The notes under the pieces: model-generated | The model's database searches: none | What the model was told of the DNA's origin: nothing | What the model saw: only the letters and a program-made list of their open reading frames with translations | In this document: piece after piece, positions 58,798 through 64,000 of the stretch | Layout of the letters: every line of letters begins with the position of its first letter | Numbering within the stretch: position 1 is the first letter of the stretch | NCBI GenBank assembly: GCA_031254225.1 | Contig: JAIRUU010000113.1 | Location: forward strand, 546-64,545 | Direction of reading: 5' to 3' | Length of the DNA: 64,000 nucleotides | From: Candidatus Elusimicrobium euhamitermitis | GTDB taxonomy: Bacteria > Elusimicrobiota > Elusimicrobia > Elusimicrobiales > Elusimicrobiaceae | Program-made: the position numbers and the translations under genes

Positions 58798-59631
58798 ATG
58801 TTCAGGCAAACTATTCAAAAATCTGAAACAATAAGCGGTATAGGCTTACATACGGGCGTTAAATGCGGTATGACTTTTGAGCCTTATGACCGCGAAGGCA
58901 TTTACTTTTTAAGGACGGATATCAAAGGCTCCGCGCCGATAAAAGCCACGGTTGAAAACGTTTCTTCCACCATGCGCGGCACAAATTTAAAGTCAGGCGG
59001 CGCGGAAATGCATACGGTTGAGCACGTTTTGTCCGCCTGCGCCGCTTTGGGAATTACCGACATTTTGATTTCCGCGGACGGGCCCGAGCCGCCGGTTATG
59101 GACGGCTCCGCGCTGGAATATTTTAAAGCGCTTGAGCGGTGCGGCGTTAAAAGATTAAATAAAAAAATGCCGGAGATTGCCGTTAAAGAGGCGTTTGAGT
59201 TTGAAGACAAAAACGTTTTATACCGCGTTGAGCCGGCGGACAAACTGGTTTTCCAATTTATTTTTATACACAAACACCCGCTGGTTTCGCGTCTTGAATA
59301 TACTTTTGAATTCGGCCAAGAAAATTATCTTAAAGAAATAGCGCCGGCAAGAACTTTCGGTTTTGAGGAAGAGCTGGAATTTTTAAAAAAGCACGGCCTG
59401 GCCAAAGGCGGCAGCACGGAGAACGCGGTGGTAATTACGGCGGACGGGTTTTCCTCAAAACTGCGTTTTGACGGCGAAATGGTGAGGCATAAAATTTTGG
59501 ATTTGGTCGGAGATCTTGTTCTTACAAACTGCAGTTTGAAGAACATGAAAATATACGCGCGCGGCGGCGGCCACAAATATAACGTGGAACTGGCGCGGCA
59601 GCTGCTGGCCAGGGGGTGTATAAATGAATGA
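58798..59631 (+). CDS. lpxC: UDP-3-O-acyl-GlcNAc deacetylase
   Basis: GIGLHTG, TVEHVLSA, MDGSA, RHKILDLVGD, GH. Confidence 0.95.
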   Translation: MFRQTIQKSETISGIGLHTGVKCGMTFEPYDREGIYFLRTDIKGSAPIKATVENVSSTMRGTNLKSGGAEMHTVEHVLSACAALGITDILISADGPEPPVMDGSALEYFKALERCGVKRLNKKMPEIAVKEAFEFEDKNVLYRVEPADKLVFQFIFIHKHPLVSRLEYTFEFGQENYLKEIAPARTFGFEEELEFLKKHGLAKGGSTENAVVITADGFSSKLRFDGEMVRHKILDLVGDLVLTNCSLKNMKIYARGGGHKYNVELARQLLARGCINE

Positions 59632-60100
59632 AGAAAAAAGAGACCTTTCTTTTCTGCTCGGAAAAGAAACGGAAAAAATTATTACGCATGACGAAGTGCT
59701 GCGGACAATATTGCACCGTCCGCCTTTTTTATTCTGCGATTACGTTAAAATCATAGAAGAGGGAAAATATTTTGTTGGCGTAAAAAAGTTTATGGGCGAA
59801 GAAGATTTTTTTAAGGGACACTTCCCGGGTATGCCTATATTGCCCGGCGTGATTACGATAGAAAGCATTTCGCAGTGCGCCGGCGCCGCGCTTATGCGTA
59901 ACATTAAAGGCAAAGTGCCGCTGTTTCTGAGCATTGACGAAGTAAAATTCCGCGGCGTGATTAAGCCCGGCACGGAAGTTCTTATGCCTTTTGAAGTTTT
60001 GCGTTTTGGTAAAATTTCGCGCATTTACGGCGAAGCTTACGCGGATAAAACGCTGTGCGTGCAGGGATATTTAAATTATATTTTGACTGACACAAGATAA
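59624..60100 (+). CDS. fabZ: 3-hydroxyacyl-ACP dehydratase
   Basis: HRPPFL, FFKGHFPG.PILPGV.IE. Confidence 0.9.
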   Translation: MNEEKRDLSFLLGKETEKIITHDEVLRTILHRPPFLFCDYVKIIEEGKYFVGVKKFMGEEDFFKGHFPGMPILPGVITIESISQCAGAALMRNIKGKVPLFLSIDEVKFRGVIKPGTEVLMPFEVLRFGKISRIYGEAYADKTLCVQGYLNYILTDTR

Positions 60101-60109
60101 GGAGATACC

Positions 60110-60916
60110 ATGGCTCTGACAATCCACCCTTCGGCAATAATAGATAAGACTGCGGTTTTGGAAGACGGCGTTGAAGTAGGGCCGTTTGTAGTAATAGGCC
60201 CTAAAACAAAAATAGGCTCCGGCACAAAAATAGGCCCGCACTGCGTTATAGAGCACTGCGAGATGGGCAAAAATAACGAGCTTATCGCCAGTTCTTTTAT
60301 CGGCGTAAAGCCGCAGGATTTGTCTTACAGCGGCGCGCCCAGCATGGTGGTAATGGGCGATAATAATAAGATACGGGAGTGCGTGACTATACACCGTTCA
60401 GGCAGCGTTGAACACCCTACAAAAATAGGCAGCAACTGCCTGCTTATGGCCAACGCGCACGTGGCGCATGACTGCGTCATCGGCAGCGGCGTTATTTTAG
60501 TTAACAGCACGGGTCTTGCCGGCCACGTGCTTGTGGAGGACAGGGCGATAATTTCCGGCCTCGTCGGCGCGCACCAGTTTTGCAGGGTGGGCACTTTTGC
60601 AATGGTTTCAGGCGCGACGGGCATACACAAAGATATTGCGCCGTACTGCATTGCCCAGGGTTACAGGGCGGGGCTTGTGGGTTTAAATCTTATCGGCCTG
60701 CGCCGCGCCGGCATGACGAGGGAGACGATTAAGTCCATTAAAGACACTTATAAAATTTTATTTATGTCTGATTTAAATATGAGCGACGCTCTGCCCAAAG
60801 CGCAGGCGCAGGCAAACACGCCGGAAGCAAAACATATGGTTGAGTTTTGCAAAAACACAAAACGCGGCATGGCCAAGGCCAGAATGCGCATGAGCGCGGA
60901 AGAGGCCGATGAATAA
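60110..60916 (+). CDS. lpxA: UDP-GlcNAc O-acyltransferase
   Basis: IHPSAII, PQDL, IRECVTIHR, HVAHDC, GLNLIGLRR. Confidence 0.95.
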   Translation: MALTIHPSAIIDKTAVLEDGVEVGPFVVIGPKTKIGSGTKIGPHCVIEHCEMGKNNELIASSFIGVKPQDLSYSGAPSMVVMGDNNKIRECVTIHRSGSVEHPTKIGSNCLLMANAHVAHDCVIGSGVILVNSTGLAGHVLVEDRAIISGLVGAHQFCRVGTFAMVSGATGIHKDIAPYCIAQGYRAGLVGLNLIGLRRAGMTRETIKSIKDTYKILFMSDLNMSDALPKAQAQANTPEAKHMVEFCKNTKRGMAKARMRMSAEEADE

Positions 60917-61730
60917 AATAGGCATAATAGCCGGCGAGGGCAAAATGCCCGTTTACATTGCCCAAAAAGCAAAACAGCGCGGCGTGGAGGTTTATGCGGC
61001 GTGCATAAAAGGCAATGCTTTGCCGTCTGAGTTTGAGCCTTACTGCGCCAAAATTGTTGAATTTAAAATGGGGCAGTTAAATAAGGGAATAAATTTTTTT
61101 AAAGAAAACGGCGTAAGTCAAGTGCTCATGGCGGGCCGCGTCAAACACACCGCAATTTTTACCAATATTATGCCTGACCTGCGCGGCGCAAAAATGCTGG
61201 CCGGCCTGCGCGACATGAAGACGGAGACTATTCTTTCCGCCGTGATAAAAGAATTTGAAAAAGACGGAGTAGAGTTTGTAAGCTCCGCTCTATTTTTGGA
61301 AGATTTTATGCCGCCAGCCGGAGTTCTCACAAAACGCGCGCCGACGGAAGAAGAAAAACGGTCCGTGGAATTTGGCGTAAAAGCGGCAAAGGCTTTATCC
61401 GGTTTGGACATCGGGCTTACCGTCGCGGTGGCGGACCGCGCCGTCGTCGCGCTTGAAGGCATGGAAGGGACGGACGCCTGCATTCTGCGCGCAGGAGAGC
61501 TTTACAAAAAAAGCAATAAAAGTTCAAAGAGCCTTGTGGTCGTTAAAGCCGCGCGGCCCGCGCAGGATATGCGTTTTGACCTGCCCATTATAGGCAAAGG
61601 CACTGTTGAAAGTCTGATAACGGCCGGCGTAAAAGCGCTTGCCGTTGAAGCCCAAAAAACTTTAATTCTTGATTTGCCGCAGGTCATAGAAATGGCCGAT
61701 AAAAATAAAATCTCAATCATTGCTTTTTAG
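60909..61730 (+). CDS. lpxI: UDP-2,3-diacylglucosamine diphosphatase LpxI
   Basis: GIIAGEG..P, DIG, EGMEGTD, QDMRFDLP; follows lpxA. Confidence 0.88.
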   Translation: MNKIGIIAGEGKMPVYIAQKAKQRGVEVYAACIKGNALPSEFEPYCAKIVEFKMGQLNKGINFFKENGVSQVLMAGRVKHTAIFTNIMPDLRGAKMLAGLRDMKTETILSAVIKEFEKDGVEFVSSALFLEDFMPPAGVLTKRAPTEEEKRSVEFGVKAAKALSGLDIGLTVAVADRAVVALEGMEGTDACILRAGELYKKSNKSSKSLVVVKAARPAQDMRFDLPIIGKGTVESLITAGVKALAVEAQKTLILDLPQVIEMADKNKISIIAF

Positions 61731-61761
61731 TTTCTTAGGTATATTAAGGGGGAATAAAAAT

Positions 61762-62412
61762 ATGTTTAAAAACGAAAAAGTATTAATTACCGTGTTAATT
61801 CTGGCGGGTATTTTAAGCTTCTGTTATGCAAAGCGCATGGATAATATGAAAGTCCGCGCGGACGCAAAACTTGCTATTGCCGCCGTGAAGAAACATATGC
61901 TGCTGGCTGACGGGGTGATTAATTTTAAAAAACAATACGGCATTTATCCGGACGAAAAAATTTATAAAACCTGGGGTAATATGGACCGTTCAAAAATAAA
62001 AGAAGAACACGAGGCGCGCGCGCGGGAAATTTTTGCGGCGGTTTATAATGAGATGGACATTTTTAGGAGCCAGAATTTTACGCTGACTAAAAATTTTGGT
62101 TTTTCAGACGGTCAATGGATATATTTTACGCATACGGGCTTAGACAGGGCGGATATTACGGGCCTTATTTCCAAAGTGCAGCCCGGCGTTGATTATGTAA
62201 ATAATAAAGTTTCTTTTTCCCAGCTTGATATGCTTGTTGAATACAGAAACGTAACGCCGCGCCACGTGCAAATACAGTGCCTGCCGCTGACGGAGTATCA
62301 GGTAAAAGTGTGCAAAAAAGTTTTAAAATATTTCAGGAAACAAAAATCTTCGGACGTAATTTACTTTATTCCGCAGGAAAAAGTTTCCGTTAACGATATA
62401 ACTTTTGGATAA
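61762..62412 (+). CDS. Hypothetical membrane-anchored protein, possibly pilin-like
   Basis: N-terminal hydrophobic helix, FKKQYGIYP, C-terminal Cys pair; GGGGGA RBS before ATG 61762. Confidence 0.6.
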   Translation: MFKNEKVLITVLILAGILSFCYAKRMDNMKVRADAKLAIAAVKKHMLLADGVINFKKQYGIYPDEKIYKTWGNMDRSKIKEEHEARAREIFAAVYNEMDIFRSQNFTLTKNFGFSDGQWIYFTHTGLDRADITGLISKVQPGVDYVNNKVSFSQLDMLVEYRNVTPRHVQIQCLPLTEYQVKVCKKVLKYFRKQKSSDVIYFIPQEKVSVNDITFG

Positions 62413-62416
62413 AAGT

Positions 62417-63337
62417 TTAGTTTTCGCGTCTGTCAAAAATATAATTGCTGCCCGGCTGTTTTTTTGCAAAGCTTTTAACTTCGGCCGCTATGCTGCTAGC
62501 CATGGCAAAAGAGGTTATGGGACGTATGGTATTATGCACTATGCCTATGCCTATTGAAAGAAGAGGGATTTTCTGTAAAACGCCCTGCCTGTCTTTTGCG
62601 GACATAAAACCCTGCGCGCGGTCGGCTTCGTCGTAAAACGACGGCGCGGCCGCGTCCAGCAGTTCAATTATTTTTTTTGCGATTTCGTCCGCCGCGTCAA
62701 AATCGCACGACAGCACAAAATCGTCCCCGCCGACGTTGCCCACAAAAGCGTTTTCGCCGGATTTGGAAGCTTCGGCTATAATATCCGCGGTTTTTTTAAG
62801 CACTCTGTCGCCGGCTTCAAAGCCGTATTTATCGTTAAAAGCTTTAAAATTATTAAGATCGCAGTAAAGCATGGCAAACGGGCGGTTGGCGGCTATTCTG
62901 TCCTCAATATCCGCCTGTATTGACGGGTTGCCGGGCAGGCGCGTCAGCGGGTTGGAGTCCAGTTTTTGTTTGCTGCGCCGCAGCAGCAGTTTGACGCGGG
63001 CCACAATTTCCTCGGCGTCGGCAGGTTTGTTCAGATAATCGTCAATATCAAGGCCCAGTCCTTCCATGCGCGTCTGTTTGCCGGCGTCCGCGGTAAAAAT
63101 CATAATAGGCATATAAATATAGGCGGTGTGGCTGCGGACTTCGCGCACCACGTCAAAGCCTTTTTTGTGCGGCATTTCATAGTCAATAATACACAAGGCG
63201 GGATTTTCTTTATAAATTTTTTCAACCGCGTCCGCGCCGTGTTCCGCGGTTACTACCGTATATCCCTCGTTTTCCAATATTTCTTTTACAAGGGCGCGTA
63301 TTTGCGGATTGTCATCGGCCACTAAAATCTTTTCCAT
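62417..63337 (-). CDS. Response regulator with GGDEF domain
   Basis: REC (VADD, IDYEMP, KP); NPLTRLPGN, DLNNFKAFNDKYG...GD, GGDDF. Confidence 0.9.
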   Translation of the reverse strand: MEKILVADDNPQIRALVKEILENEGYTVVTAEHGADAVEKIYKENPALCIIDYEMPHKKGFDVVREVRSHTAYIYMPIMIFTADAGKQTRMEGLGLDIDDYLNKPADAEEIVARVKLLLRRSKQKLDSNPLTRLPGNPSIQADIEDRIAANRPFAMLYCDLNNFKAFNDKYGFEAGDRVLKKTADIIAEASKSGENAFVGNVGGDDFVLSCDFDAADEIAKKIIELLDAAAPSFYDEADRAQGFMSAKDRQGVLQKIPLLSIGIGIVHNTIRPITSFAMASSIAAEVKSFAKKQPGSNYIFDRREN

Positions 63338-63371
63338 ATTTTGATTATATTAAAAAAAGGTAAAATATGTT

Positions 63372-64000
63372 ATGGAATTTTTTGCCAGTATTATTGATAT
63401 TTTTTTGCATCTTGACGTTCATCTTACAGCCTGGGCAGCGGTTATGGGTCCGTGGCTTTATGTTTTGCTGTTTGTCATAATTTTTTGCGAGACGGGCCTT
63501 GTGGTAACTCCGTTTCTGCCGGGTGATTCGCTGCTTTTTGCCGTCGGCGCTCTGTCAACTTTGCAGGGCAGCCCCATTAATTTGCCGGTTGTAATAATAA
63601 TTTTAATAATAGCCGCGGTGGCCGGCGACAGCGTTAATTACGAGATAGGCAAACATATAGGCCCCAAAATTTTTAAAAGCGAAAAAAGTTTTTGGCTCAA
63701 TAAAAAACATCTGGACGAGGCTAGCCGTTTTTATGAAAAATACGGCGGCAAGACGATTATTTTGGCGCGTTTTATTCCTATAATCCGCACGTTTGCGCCG
63801 TTTGTCGCGGGCATAGGCAAAATGACGTACGGGCGTTTTTTAAGTTATAACGTCGTAGGCGGCGCTTTGTGGGTTTTGGTATTTACTCTGGCGGGTTATA
63901 AATTTGCTGATTTGCCGGTGGTTAAGACTCATTTCCATTTTGTAATTTTAGGAATAATAATAATTTCAGTACTGCCCGCCGTGTGGGAATTTGTCCGCGC
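63372..64000 (+). CDS. DedA family protein (partial, runs off window end)
   Basis: Own translation: MEFFASIIDIFLHLD...FCETGLVVTPFLPGDSLLF...ARFIPIIRTFAPFVAG. Confidence 0.9.
   Translation, partial: MEFFASIIDIFLHLDVHLTAWAAVMGPWLYVLLFVIIFCETGLVVTPFLPGDSLLFAVGALSTLQGSPINLPVVIIILIIAAVAGDSVNYEIGKHIGPKIFKSEKSFWLNKKHLDEASRFYEKYGGKTIILARFIPIIRTFAPFVAGIGKMTYGRFLSYNVVGGALWVLVFTLAGYKFADLPVVKTHFHFVILGIIIISVLPAVWEFVR

Noticed and set aside
330-63325. Numerous short antisense or out-of-frame ORFs in the supplied track
   Set aside because: They shadow well-supported genes and show no recognisable motifs.

Overview
Bacterial chromosome segment packed with housekeeping genes. Taxonomy is inferred, not database-checked: an outer-membrane/lipid A operon plus scattered GFTLIEL-type pilins fits an Elusimicrobium-like (Elusimicrobiota) organism. 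Genes include cysK, two GH57 proteins, glgC, two PhoH paralogues, a glcD/glcF-like pair, a dapA-ddh-lysC-asd-dapB-murC-like operon, tlyA-xseAB, prfB-lnt-secA, alaS, a signal-peptide-bearing TldD/PmbA pair, DUF47-pit, hemW, lysS, thyX, ybeY, gatCA, rpmB, bamA-skp-lpxD-lpxC-fabZ-lpxA-lpxI and c-di-GMP enzymes. No rRNA, tRNA, CRISPR array, transposase or integrase was recognised. The unusual signal is non-coding. Five co-oriented copies of a 160-330 bp modular element each start at or within about 13 nt of a stop codon. Four carry an exactly 121-nt hairpin with an invariant 25-nt core and compensatory arm changes. Also present: a 200-bp TA-flanked MITE-like element, a 70-bp perfect palindrome, several REP/REPIN-like families (one with copies inside coding frames), and apparent strong TCGA/GATC depletion.
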